This document shows, piece after piece, positions 27,693 through 37,693 of a stretch of 64,000 bases of DNA (positions within the stretch are counted from its first letter, which is position 1; every line of letters begins with the position of its first letter). The notes beneath the pieces were generated by a model. The model saw nothing but the letters and a program-made list of their open reading frames with translations, did no database searches and was not told the DNA's origin. The position numbers were made by a program, and so were the translations under genes. Source of the DNA: an uncultured virus (IMG/VR IMGVR_UViG_3300035661_000052) (lineage: Duplodnaviria; Heunggongvirae; Uroviricota; Caudoviricetes); IMG/VR virus record IMGVR_UViG_3300035661_000052. One strand, 5' to 3'.

Positions 27693-29854
27693 TACTTATG
27701 GTTTTGAAATGTTTCTATAATACTGTTTGCAAGCTCATCTACAGAGGATGCAGCCACTTCTTTTGAGGTGCCATTTTTTCCTGGGTAAGTGATTGTATAC
27801 TCAGCTCCATCGTGTGCATTGAAAGTTGATTTATCTGATGGTGTGATACGTCTGATCTTTACAGACAGGTTATCCCCTACAGGTAAATCAAGTACTCCTC
27901 CTGGTGCATTGTTCACAGCAGAGATAGACTGTGTAAGGAATTGACGTGCAGGAGTGATTTGCCCCTCTTTGATCAGATTCTGTGCAGCGCCACTGTATGC
28001 CGGCATCTTCACCAGTACATCTTCACCAACTGTATTACCTTTAGCATCAGTCTTACCTGTTCCTACTTTGAAGAACATCTTGTACTGGCCATCCGTATCA
28101 ATACCAATACCAGCGAACTTGGAAGCACCGGCAATTTTCTTATAATCGTCTGCTGCAAGTGGCGCACCAGACTTGTCGCCACTGGCCCAGGTCAATCCCT
28201 GTGCCCCGTACTTCAATCCTTTACTATCCAGATTCACAGATAAGTTATTGAAGTTATCATTGATAGCTGTGTTCAGCTTGGTATTCTTGAACGTAGTCAG
28301 TCCAATGACAGCTGAAGTGTTCTTGGTATTATCATTCAGCAATTGTTTGTAACGGGCATAGCCTGGGGTATCCTGTACAACAGCATCATAAGCACTCTGA
28401 CCTCTCTTGGCAGCATCTTCACGGCTAAGGAGATTCTTAGGATCATTGATTGCATCCTGATAGTATTCCTGGTAAGCCTTGTCAGCTTTCTCTTTCAATG
28501 AAGGATCAATCTTATAACCGGCTTGCTTCTGCAATCTCTCTTTCAGATCACTCAGTTCCTGAGAAGACTTGGAAGCCTGCTTTTGGGTATCTATGAACTT
28601 CTGAGCCATAGAAGTAACTTCCTTGCCACTGGCATCGAACCACTTGGTTCCAGGATCATAGATGTTGCCATTTGGTTTAGCTTTAGTCGTATTCTGCCAG
28701 TCAAGCAGAGCAGTGTATGCATCTTTGTTGGCCTTATCATGAATAGCAATTCCAGATTCAATTGAAGCCGGGTTGCTGTATTGAGAACCATTGAGAGGTT
28801 GGATAATAGTTGACTGGATTGGTATAGACTGATTGTCCATATCCTTCAGTGTAAATGGATTGGCCTGGATACCTTGTCCTGTCTCCACATCGTGCTGAGT
28901 GTACTTATCACGGCCATAAGCATGTGCATTACTAAGCAACTGACTCACAATCTTATCTCCCTTGATACTCTTTATAGCAGTAGTGAGGTCCTCTCCCTGA
29001 GCGAGTCTACTGTGCAGCGCCTCAGATAGGGTGACAGGTACACTATCTTTACCCTGATCTCCGGCTTTCATTCCTACTACTTCATCAGGATTGAGTCTAC
29101 TATAATTAATATTGTATGTTCCCAGATCACGCTGCTGATGTAACCATGACTGAGCCTCAGGGTCATTGGATAGTCCTTCATTGATGATAGCCTGTACACG
29201 ATCTGCAGGCATTGTAGTAGTTTTGCGGCTGGCACTGTCTATCCATTGCCCATTGAGGTATTCTACCTGACGTCCATTGACAACAGGCTTAGCATGTTCC
29301 AACCAGGTATCTACTTTCTTGGATAGGTCAATATCTTTGGTATAGTCTCTTCCCTGGAATCTTCCAGTATACTTACCAGTCTGTGGATCAATCTGTACAC
29401 CTCTGTACTGATGAATATCCCGTTGCAGTATCTGATCCGCTGATGCTGGAGTGAGGTAGCCGGCATCAGTTGGGTTTTTCTCAGTAGCTTTCTTCAATTC
29501 TTCTTTACGGTCTACGAGATCCTTTGCAGACTGTGCAAATGGAGCATACTCCTGTGGCAACTGTTGAGCAAGCATGGTAGACTCTCTCACAGCATTCTCC
29601 AGGTCGGGCCGCTTGGCCAGTGTAGAGAGTTTCGTAGAGAACTTATCTCTCAATCCCTGCAATGCCTGCTGATCCTGTTGAAATGGGGTAGTCAGATTGC
29701 TCAGATACTGATTTGCATAATCCTGCCTGTCTTGAGCAGTATCATATTGCTTCTGTAGTTGAGCACTTACTGCCACCATCTCTGGCACAGCAGATCCCTG
29801 GTACTCTGGTACTCGGTTGCTGTTAGCTAATCTATATCCGTCGTAAAGTCCCAT
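27692..29854 (-). CDS. Virion cargo/ejection protein
   Basis: 720 aa, helical; syntenic with the crAss cargo block; TAATG stop/start overlap with the next gene. Confidence 0.7.
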   Translation of the reverse strand: MGLYDGYRLANSNRVPEYQGSAVPEMVAVSAQLQKQYDTAQDRQDYANQYLSNLTTPFQQDQQALQGLRDKFSTKLSTLAKRPDLENAVRESTMLAQQLPQEYAPFAQSAKDLVDRKEELKKATEKNPTDAGYLTPASADQILQRDIHQYRGVQIDPQTGKYTGRFQGRDYTKDIDLSKKVDTWLEHAKPVVNGRQVEYLNGQWIDSASRKTTTMPADRVQAIINEGLSNDPEAQSWLHQQRDLGTYNINYSRLNPDEVVGMKAGDQGKDSVPVTLSEALHSRLAQGEDLTTAIKSIKGDKIVSQLLSNAHAYGRDKYTQHDVETGQGIQANPFTLKDMDNQSIPIQSTIIQPLNGSQYSNPASIESGIAIHDKANKDAYTALLDWQNTTKAKPNGNIYDPGTKWFDASGKEVTSMAQKFIDTQKQASKSSQELSDLKERLQKQAGYKIDPSLKEKADKAYQEYYQDAINDPKNLLSREDAAKRGQSAYDAVVQDTPGYARYKQLLNDNTKNTSAVIGLTTFKNTKLNTAINDNFNNLSVNLDSKGLKYGAQGLTWASGDKSGAPLAADDYKKIAGASKFAGIGIDTDGQYKMFFKVGTGKTDAKGNTVGEDVLVKMPAYSGAAQNLIKEGQITPARQFLTQSISAVNNAPGGVLDLPVGDNLSVKIRRITPSDKSTFNAHDGAEYTITYPGKNGTSKEVAASSVDELANSIIETFQNHK

Positions 29855-29857
29855 TGT

Positions 29858-30976
29858 TTAGCATTTAACTTTTCTTCTTCCTATGTTTCCACCATAAGCT
29901 GCCACTGGTGGAAGTGTCTTTGGCATTTCCACGCTATGGTGAGAGAATTTATCACGGTAGATATTACTGTTCGGATTGTTGTTACGCATGTAGCTGGCCA
30001 TGTTGATGATCCACTGGTCGGATGTAGGATTGAGGTTTTCACCTTTCTCTGTCTGAATTCCAGCGTATCCTATAGGACGACGTAAACGTACAGGAGGAAT
30101 AGGAGGATGTCCCGGATCAGGCTCAGTAATCAACCCACCTGCTGCAAACTGACCATACATTGCCTTGTATCTCTCGGGATCATTGTCTTTGAGATAAGCA
30201 GCATACCCACTATCAGCGCCATAGGCTCTGTCAGATACACCACTATTTTTCCACATTGGTTTGTAAGCTTCCCACTTATCACGGTCGAGCTGCTGTGCAT
30301 CCCTGAACTGCTGTTGGCCAACATACTTGTCGGCTGCATTGGAGAGATTAGCACTCTGTTCTCGTTGATCGACTACCTGTGCTTCAGTGAGATTGTTCTT
30401 CCACTGATTCATTACTCCCATGTTCTGCATTTCAATGCCAGCATTCAATTGACGGTTCTGATTATCAATTCCCACGTTGGTATTGTTCACGGATTCATAC
30501 ACGCTATTCTTAGCTCGGATACCTTGAGCCATATTGCTTCCCTTTACTGCAGCAGCTGTATTCTCATCCAGATTTCTGTCAGCAGCTCCGTTCATTCCAC
30601 GTACAGATCTGTCAGCTTCCACTAACTGTCCATCAGCAGATACATGAGATGCAGATACTGCACCTACCATACCGGGTGCCTGAGGCAAAGGAGGATGACG
30701 GAATGAGTTAGCCAAATTGGATACATACGGCACGATGTCCCCGAACTTAGAGAATACATTACTCCTGCGCATTGTACCCGGAGAATCAAATCCCGCAGTA
30801 CGGCCTGGAGCATTGAACGCACTCACCTGTTTCCCAACAGCAGGAGTCTTATCGTAGGATAACATTTGTGGATCAGCCATGGATACTCTTTTGGAGGAGT
30901 GGTTGGCTCCCCAATTGTAAGCTGGATCGTATGGATCTTCGGGATCTCCTCCATTTTTGAATACTTTACGTCTCAT
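29858..30976 (-). CDS. Cargo/structural protein
   Basis: 372 aa, Asn/Gln-rich, with repeated xGG motifs (FKNGG, FAAGG, AAYGG). Confidence 0.65.
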   Translation of the reverse strand: MRRKVFKNGGDPEDPYDPAYNWGANHSSKRVSMADPQMLSYDKTPAVGKQVSAFNAPGRTAGFDSPGTMRRSNVFSKFGDIVPYVSNLANSFRHPPLPQAPGMVGAVSASHVSADGQLVEADRSVRGMNGAADRNLDENTAAAVKGSNMAQGIRAKNSVYESVNNTNVGIDNQNRQLNAGIEMQNMGVMNQWKNNLTEAQVVDQREQSANLSNAADKYVGQQQFRDAQQLDRDKWEAYKPMWKNSGVSDRAYGADSGYAAYLKDNDPERYKAMYGQFAAGGLITEPDPGHPPIPPVRLRRPIGYAGIQTEKGENLNPTSDQWIINMASYMRNNNPNSNIYRDKFSHHSVEMPKTLPPVAAYGGNIGRRKVKC

Positions 30977-30982
30977 AGTATA

Positions 30983-31744
30983 TTAATTTAAACCCAGCAT
31001 GTGCTTGGTGTACTCCTGGGATAGTTTCAATTGATTCTCTTTCTCCTTCAGCAGTTTCAGACTGTTTACTCTTTCAGGACTCAATGGCTTGTGTTCAATC
31101 TTACCAATAGCTTTTGCTATCGGCTTATGTAGTGCAGCAAATCCGAGACGGTCGGAGAATACATAACTTCCGTTAGTAGTCTCATTGCCCTCCACTTCAG
31201 CGCCCATGCCTGGTATCTGTATTCCTCCTTGCTCATGCGGTGGTCCATTGAATTCTGCTGCCTGTGAATTGAGTGGAGTGGCAGTACCTCCTTCAGTTTG
31301 TTGATTGGATACATTGAGTGGTCCGCCTGCTGCATAGTAACCGTTCATTAGGGTAGCAGTGTTACCACGTACCAATGTAGGATCAGTGGCAATGCGTGCT
31401 GACGCCTGCTGTTGATTGAGAAGAGTATTACGTCTCTGTTCTTCATTTTTCAATCTGGAAGCCTGTTCTGCCTGAGACTTATTAGATAGAAAGCCTGCAA
31501 TCAATCCTGCTCCAGCGCCAATGCCAGCACCGAGTGGGCCGAAGTTAGCTCCCATGGCCGCACCCTTACCTACACTACTCACGAGATTGGCTCCCATGGT
31601 ACGTTTGCCGTATTGATCAGCAGGTCCCAGTGAGTCAGTTAAACTACCAACCAGTGAACCGGCCTGGCCAATTCCTGTTGCCATTTCAGCATCAGTGAAT
31701 CCACCGACTGCGTATTTCTTATATCGTTTGCTCAGTGTAGCCAT
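30983..31744 (-). CDS. Cargo protein with Gly-zipper transmembrane-like segment
   Basis: 253 aa. GAAMGANFGPLGAGIGAGAGLIAG hydrophobic glycine zipper and crAss-type motif GPPHEQGGI...AEVEGNE...YVFSDRL. Confidence 0.75.
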   Translation of the reverse strand: MATLSKRYKKYAVGGFTDAEMATGIGQAGSLVGSLTDSLGPADQYGKRTMGANLVSSVGKGAAMGANFGPLGAGIGAGAGLIAGFLSNKSQAEQASRLKNEEQRRNTLLNQQQASARIATDPTLVRGNTATLMNGYYAAGGPLNVSNQQTEGGTATPLNSQAAEFNGPPHEQGGIQIPGMGAEVEGNETTNGSYVFSDRLGFAALHKPIAKAIGKIEHKPLSPERVNSLKLLKEKENQLKLSQEYTKHMLGLN

Positions 31745-31745
31745 T

Positions 31746-32501
31746 TTACCTATAAGATTTATCTGCGTTGATGTCTGCTCCGTGCAGTACGAATTGTTTT
31801 CCGGATGAATTATCGAACTCTAACCGTATGATAAAGAAGCTATCATGAATAAGATCCTGGTCGAACCAAGGCTTATCCAAATCTATAGCCACATCATCTA
31901 CAGCGAAGTTATGGAATATGTCAAGCAGAAACTGGGTTCCATATACAGCAAGCATGTCTTTGAAGGAACTGAAGCTCCATATAGATTGTGTCTTTCTGGT
32001 GATATACTCCAGGTTATCGAATACCTGATCCAGTGGAATGCGTCCAGTACACTGTTGATTGTTCCAGATGGTAATATGTGTCAGTGTAGCAAATTCCAGT
32101 TCCTGTCTGTCATTGAAGACTTCACTCATCCACTGCACACTGTCAAGGATCATCTCACTGTCAGCAGTGAATACTGCGTCAATAAAGAAGGGTTTGATAG
32201 CTACATCATGAAAGACACCAGGATTACCAGTATGATGTTTATATATAGATCTGTTTTTCAGATTATACAATTGAGTTTTTGTTGAGAAGTAGAAGTCCGG
32301 CAGGTAGTCATGAAAGAATACCCAGCCTCCACCGTCCAGTGAGAAGGAAAGTGTATAGGATTTATCAATTTGGGCATCCAGTTCTGCATCCTGAAATGCA
32401 TAGCAGATACCATCTACCTTCTCGAGGTAAATGCAACTCCCATCGTCTACATCAGCAGACGGATTATAATTCTTGGCTTTGGGGTTAGTACATCCGTTCA
32501 T
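31746..32501 (-). CDS. C-terminal part of tail stabilization (muzzle) protein, preceded by a GCT..NY..A..DDGSC motif
   Basis: 251 aa. SYTLSFSLDGGGWVFFHDYLPDFY resembles the distal part of crAss muzzle/P22 gp10-like proteins. Confidence 0.7.
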   Translation of the reverse strand: MNGCTNPKAKNYNPSADVDDGSCIYLEKVDGICYAFQDAELDAQIDKSYTLSFSLDGGGWVFFHDYLPDFYFSTKTQLYNLKNRSIYKHHTGNPGVFHDVAIKPFFIDAVFTADSEMILDSVQWMSEVFNDRQELEFATLTHITIWNNQQCTGRIPLDQVFDNLEYITRKTQSIWSFSSFKDMLAVYGTQFLLDIFHNFAVDDVAIDLDKPWFDQDLIHDSFFIIRLEFDNSSGKQFVLHGADINADKSYR

Positions 32502-35500
32502 TAGCTACAAGTTCCTTTAGTGTTAGCGTAAGTTTGTTTATTGGCAGCCACATCTGCTACGGCCAGCGCATCTGCTGCAGCTTGGGAGACGATGGACATG
32601 TATGTTCCCTGTGGAACTGTGTATGTAACTACAGAGCCTACACCAGTGGTGCAATCATTCTTCTGTACAGTCCCTGAGGCTGCTGCACTGAGATAGGTTA
32701 CCACTGTAGCGCCACAGTCGATGTGATTGGCAATGTCCGGGTAATAGGGTACATTCATATCCTGGAAAGTGAGTATAGGAGTAAGCTGATTGTTCACTAT
32801 GTTGATAATAGTTGAATGTCTCAGATCATTGATTTGCACCTTATCCCAGTGACGGGTATTGGTAGCTCCTGTAGGAACAACAGTCTCAATCTTCTTACAG
32901 CTAGGGGAACCTGTCAGGTCCAGTACATACCCGCTTGGACAAGTGGCTACTACATTGGGCTGATTGATCATGCTGGTAGTGGTATAAAGAATAGTCACTC
33001 CGGCATCAGTAGTTGCTGCCTGAATTGTAGCAGGCGTATTGTCATAGATGATCATTCCGATGGAATCATTGACACTGCCGTCTCCGGTACCTACCGCGTT
33101 AAAGATGTTGGCGCCATTGATAATGTCTACAGGAAAGATGTGGAATACCTTGAAGCTTTCGTGTGTACCCAGTCCATCTGTAATAGCAATACGTACACCA
33201 TTCACTTTCAGCTCAAACTCATTGTCTCCGAAGATACCCACGTACACAGTACGGGCAGAGCCGGTGTTGTTATAGTAAGCTGAGATGGTAGTCTGTGCCC
33301 CTGCAGTTAGTGCGTCCGGTGTTCCATTACAATCACTATCTACCCACACACCGCAGGCATTGGGCCTTCCTTTCCAGTAAGTAGTACTCATCTCTGCATA
33401 CACGTCACTGGTGGGGGCTGTGAATAGTTCAATGGAACTGTTATTCCAGCCTGGCTTGTATATACGGGCAAAGTAACTTCCATAGGCGCTGTTAGTGCTG
33501 GCCGCCAAACAACCTCCGCTACTGATAATAGTGGCAGCTGTAGTAGTAGTCTTTACACAAGCAGATCCATCAGAGGATAGTGTATACCCTGATGGACAGG
33601 ATGGAGTACCGCTGAGACAACTTGGGACTGCTGGTGAAAATCCAATTGAGCCCCTCGTGTACTCCACATTGATGGTCACAGTGAAGAGTACTGGTGGTAA
33701 ACCTGAGCCAGATACACTCATGTGTAATAGATACTGTGGGGTAACTATAGGATTAAGTGAACTATTGTTTACAAGGGTAATTACCAGTGTAGTTAGATCT
33801 ACTGTGAACACTCCTGGTACACTTTCAGAGATGAGTGTGTAGGTCAGTGACAAGTCTTCTCTCACCAGAGCCGGTCCCAGTGTTACTACAGGAGTTAGTG
33901 ATGGAGTAGTATCTGGAATGGTGATAGTAGTATCTGGCATTACAATTACCCCATCAGCAGGTGTGATATGTACAATACAGGTGCCGTGTACCAGAGTCGT
34001 ACCATCAGTGACTGTAATATCCAGCACATAAGTTGGAATGGTATTGCCATCCAGTTGTGTATGATCGGCAATGGTGATAGCCCCTGTTGCAGGGTTGATA
34101 GTGAAAGTTCCACCTGTGTTGCCTCCGGCGATGCCAAAAGTAAGTGTATCTCCCTCACGATCCGTAGCCACCATCAATGCTACACTGTCACCATCAAGAT
34201 TAGTCTCAGAGATAGTTACCTCATTGTTCAGTATCACTGGTGGACGGTTAACTGAAGTCAGGTGAACTATCAGGGTGAACCCGTCAAAGTCTCCTGCTGT
34301 GCCAAACCCCTTACCTGCGAAGGTGTACAGAGATTGAGTATAGTAATCCAGGCTTCCCACTACTGTAACCTTACCAGTGGATGGGTCAATGGCAAAGGGA
34401 GACGAGGAGCCTGTGATATAGTAGTTTACAATGTTAGAACCTGCCAGTGTTCCTATGAGGGTACCAACGGCAGTGTTTTCAGAGATAGTCAGTTCCAAGT
34501 CGGGAACCCCCGGTACCGGCGCAGCATCACAGTTATAGACTGTACTATTGACACCAAGAAACCGTACTAGCTTGCCGTCCTTTAATAGCAGATCGCCTAT
34601 AGAGTAAGTCAGGATGTTAGCCGGATCGTAGTTGTTTACTATAAGGCCCGCATTGGCTCTCACATCTTTAGCTGTCAGCAGGAGTCTCTTGTACTTAGGA
34701 TCATACCCAATAGTGTAGCCATTACCAATAAAAGGATTATTCTCTTTCATTCGCAGGTATTCTTTGAAGAATACGTTCATCTCTTTATTGATCAACTCCA
34801 GCTGTCCCTTGTAGATGAAGATGTTTCCTTCTTTGGAGTCAAGAAAGATATAACCATTTGGGGTACGTACACAGGCCAGGTCATGCTGTGTCCCTGCATA
34901 CCCTCTGGGAGCTGAGTTTGCTTCCTGTGGTTCAAACTGGAAGATGTCTCCACTTCCAAGTGTGATGGATATGATGTCAGCTTCCAGTTTGGTTTTATCC
35001 TGTGTACGGAAGAGGGCATTCTCACAATGGATGAGTAATCGGTCATCCATACCTTCCAGGTGAACAGGTTTGCCCATATTCTTCTGCATCTCGTAGTAAT
35101 CCAGTGGCAGGCAGCTTCTCCAATTACGGACTTTAGTTTGCCGGCTCAGTTTACCCATTCGATGTATCCTGTATGGGTGGAGGTATAAGTCCTCGGCGAA
35201 CGTATTAAATATATCTGTTGCAAACAGATCATCCAGTGCATTGCTGTCCTTCTTATAGCCGAACTGGTTAGGATCTATATCCCGCATGAAGTTAGTAAGG
35301 TAATTGTCCTTATCATTAGGTGTAAGTGAACTTTTCGGATAGTACCTGCTGTATGGATTGGCAGGGTCTTCATAGCGGGCATAAAGATTAGCCACACATT
35401 CACAGATGAAGCGTCTTACTACTTTGGTTCCCTGGAACATACCATTGTAAGGAGATACCTGGTTCTCATTATCGAACCACCCGTATGTGTGGAAGGAGTA

Positions 35501-37693
35501 ATCACAGATGTAAATGTCTCCTCCGTAGAAGATCTCGGTATTGTTCACAGTGTTTGAGCTTCCCCCTCTTACCAGTGACTGGGCAGTGAAGGGTACAAAG
35601 AGTTGTGATTTGATCGACATCATGTTTGACAGGAAACAGGTCTCAGACTTAGGTTGAGCCTCGGGCCCTGTATACGGATGACGGGAACCTGGTTGAACAG
35701 TAAGCTCATATACATCTCCGGAGCTAATGAGTGCTTCAGGATGTGTAAATCTGCCACCAAAGAAACGTTCAATTCCTTTGTTATGCCACTTCAGGTATTC
35801 AATATTGTTTGGCACCCAGGAAGTATCAGCTACTGCTTTGATGCGTTTAGCGGGAAGTACTGGTGAGATCCCCTTTTGCAGGTAGTCCAGTACAAATACC
35901 ATTGGGCCATCGTTGGAATCTGTTACCAACTGATCTTCCACAGTACCTCCCGTATAAGGAAAGTTCACACGGGAATGCTTTAGCTGTAGATCAATATAGT
36001 CAGGTGTTACACTGGGATTGTTGAATAGCATGTCAAAGCTATGGAAATGAAATATGGATTGGTCCATATATAGGTGGTAATCAGGTCCACTTTTCCAATC
36101 AATATAGCTGTTCCAATTACCTCCGGTTGAATAGTAATTACTTGGGGATAGTGCAGTTTCAGCCTGGTTACGTGCACCATTGAGCATGAGACTCTGTCCC
36201 ACGATAGTAGAATTGGCCACATTACGTTTGGCATAAAACAGTTCCCAGCCAACTATCTGGTCTGCATATTCAGCAGGTATAGTTACATTCTCCAGACTGA
36301 TGCCTAACATATCTAAACTGTTACGGCCGTAATCGGGCTCACCCATAAACAGATTCTGCTTACACCATGCAATAGAAGGGAAACGGTGGTGTCTAACAGG
36401 AGTGCCCCTCAGATCCTCTCCACCTACAGCAGATGAATTGAAGTCATCTGTGTTGGGGTAATTCTCAGAAGCATTCTCCCATTTACCGAAGTAGCCACTT
36501 TTAGATGCATAGTCAAATGAAGGTATCCTATCTTCTACCTGGAACTTCTTAGCTGTAAGTCCTTCTGCTGTAGCTAAGGGGGAGGTGAGCCGGTCTGTGG
36601 AATCCAGTGGTTCTCCGGGTATCACAAAAGATTGTGTTACGGTGCCATCTGTCTTCTTGAAACGTATGTACCATGCGTATACTTCTCCATGCATGTGACT
36701 CTTCTCTTTACCCTCTGACATAGGAGTATAGACAGGATTTACGGTGATCAGTTTAGAATGCCACTTTAGTCGGATCAGATTAACCCACTTTTGCATCCGA
36801 ATCTGCTGTGGACTCTCAAGGTCAGCAATGTACAGGGCATCATTAAGTTGTCCCATGGTACCCACTTTGTTGTATACCTTGCGTGGAGTAAGTATTTCTT
36901 CCAAGGTTACTGGTTCAGTCACTTCAGTACCTGTGTAGGCAATGGTGATTGAGCCGGATGCGAGGATAGGATTAAGAAACTGTACTGCTGATAATATGCC
37001 ATTGATCTTGGTTACAATGGCTATCTGTACGTAATCATAATCCGGATCTATGTTAGTAAGCGTGATTTCAAGACTTTTGTCTGTAGCCTGTCCAGTAGTG
37101 CCACTCACAACAGCAGGTGCACTTACAGCGATGTAACTGGTCTCCGTTCCATCTTTCTTAGTGTACTTTAGTGCAGCGTAATAAGCGCCGGGTAACAGGA
37201 TACCTCCAGCCTGTACTTCAATAGTGAGATCTGCTGGTAATGCATTGGGGAATAGTTTTAGGTCATTGAGGGTGTTGGCCATAGGTGTATCCATATTAAC
37301 ATAGAAAGGAGTGGCATTCTTATCTGTGAATGCTACTACCAGTTCTCCCTTGTAGTTCCGCTGGGCCTGTCCGGTGATATAGAAATCGGTATCAAAAGGA
37401 AGTTTGAATGGGAGGGACGCGTCATCGTATTTGGGGATGTAAATGTCATTGTCCACGTCAAAGTATCCGATAGCACTGTGAACATTGTTACTGCTGAAAA
37501 TAACAGGGTACTTATCTGTTTCAATGATACCGATTTGAGTGTAAGGTAGTATTGCAGCAGACTTGGCAAAGCCCATCTCATTGAGAGTAGCTCCTTCAAT
37601 GTAGTTCTGTACTCCGTTCTTACCAAACGGGTACGTCCCCTTGGGTTGTTCCTGGGGACGGGTGTTTCTGCTAAGTTTATTAAATTTCTGCAT
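32501..37693 (-). CDS. Tail stabilization (muzzle) protein N-terminal part fused to cadherin-like repeats, a Cys-flanked beta domain and a DUF5977-like domain
   Basis: 1730 aa. Muzzle-type motifs (GEVYAWYI, VRHHRFP, FYGGDIYI, GYDPKYKRLLLT). Three cadherin-like repeats (ISENTAVGT..FAIDPSTG..LDY; ATDREGD..FTINPATG). C-terminal QKNDC..G..VTYTV..SIVSQAAADALA..ANTKGTC. Confidence 0.8.
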   Translation of the reverse strand: MQKFNKLSRNTRPQEQPKGTYPFGKNGVQNYIEGATLNEMGFAKSAAILPYTQIGIIETDKYPVIFSSNNVHSAIGYFDVDNDIYIPKYDDASLPFKLPFDTDFYITGQAQRNYKGELVVAFTDKNATPFYVNMDTPMANTLNDLKLFPNALPADLTIEVQAGGILLPGAYYAALKYTKKDGTETSYIAVSAPAVVSGTTGQATDKSLEITLTNIDPDYDYVQIAIVTKINGILSAVQFLNPILASGSITIAYTGTEVTEPVTLEEILTPRKVYNKVGTMGQLNDALYIADLESPQQIRMQKWVNLIRLKWHSKLITVNPVYTPMSEGKEKSHMHGEVYAWYIRFKKTDGTVTQSFVIPGEPLDSTDRLTSPLATAEGLTAKKFQVEDRIPSFDYASKSGYFGKWENASENYPNTDDFNSSAVGGEDLRGTPVRHHRFPSIAWCKQNLFMGEPDYGRNSLDMLGISLENVTIPAEYADQIVGWELFYAKRNVANSTIVGQSLMLNGARNQAETALSPSNYYSTGGNWNSYIDWKSGPDYHLYMDQSIFHFHSFDMLFNNPSVTPDYIDLQLKHSRVNFPYTGGTVEDQLVTDSNDGPMVFVLDYLQKGISPVLPAKRIKAVADTSWVPNNIEYLKWHNKGIERFFGGRFTHPEALISSGDVYELTVQPGSRHPYTGPEAQPKSETCFLSNMMSIKSQLFVPFTAQSLVRGGSSNTVNNTEIFYGGDIYICDYSFHTYGWFDNENQVSPYNGMFQGTKVVRRFICECVANLYARYEDPANPYSRYYPKSSLTPNDKDNYLTNFMRDIDPNQFGYKKDSNALDDLFATDIFNTFAEDLYLHPYRIHRMGKLSRQTKVRNWRSCLPLDYYEMQKNMGKPVHLEGMDDRLLIHCENALFRTQDKTKLEADIISITLGSGDIFQFEPQEANSAPRGYAGTQHDLACVRTPNGYIFLDSKEGNIFIYKGQLELINKEMNVFFKEYLRMKENNPFIGNGYTIGYDPKYKRLLLTAKDVRANAGLIVNNYDPANILTYSIGDLLLKDGKLVRFLGVNSTVYNCDAAPVPGVPDLELTISENTAVGTLIGTLAGSNIVNYYITGSSSPFAIDPSTGKVTVVGSLDYYTQSLYTFAGKGFGTAGDFDGFTLIVHLTSVNRPPVILNNEVTISETNLDGDSVALMVATDREGDTLTFGIAGGNTGGTFTINPATGAITIADHTQLDGNTIPTYVLDITVTDGTTLVHGTCIVHITPADGVIVMPDTTITIPDTTPSLTPVVTLGPALVREDLSLTYTLISESVPGVFTVDLTTLVITLVNNSSLNPIVTPQYLLHMSVSGSGLPPVLFTVTINVEYTRGSIGFSPAVPSCLSGTPSCPSGYTLSSDGSACVKTTTTAATIISSGGCLAASTNSAYGSYFARIYKPGWNNSSIELFTAPTSDVYAEMSTTYWKGRPNACGVWVDSDCNGTPDALTAGAQTTISAYYNNTGSARTVYVGIFGDNEFELKVNGVRIAITDGLGTHESFKVFHIFPVDIINGANIFNAVGTGDGSVNDSIGMIIYDNTPATIQAATTDAGVTILYTTTSMINQPNVVATCPSGYVLDLTGSPSCKKIETVVPTGATNTRHWDKVQINDLRHSTIINIVNNQLTPILTFQDMNVPYYPDIANHIDCGATVVTYLSAAASGTVQKNDCTTGVGSVVTYTVPQGTYMSIVSQAAADALAVADVAANKQTYANTKGTCS

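Noticed and set aside
32499..32503. Programmed frameshift joining the two muzzle parts
   Set aside because: No slippery heptamer. The same TAATG overlap occurs at 27692, 37693, 50416, 50601 and 52679, so ordinary translational coupling suffices.
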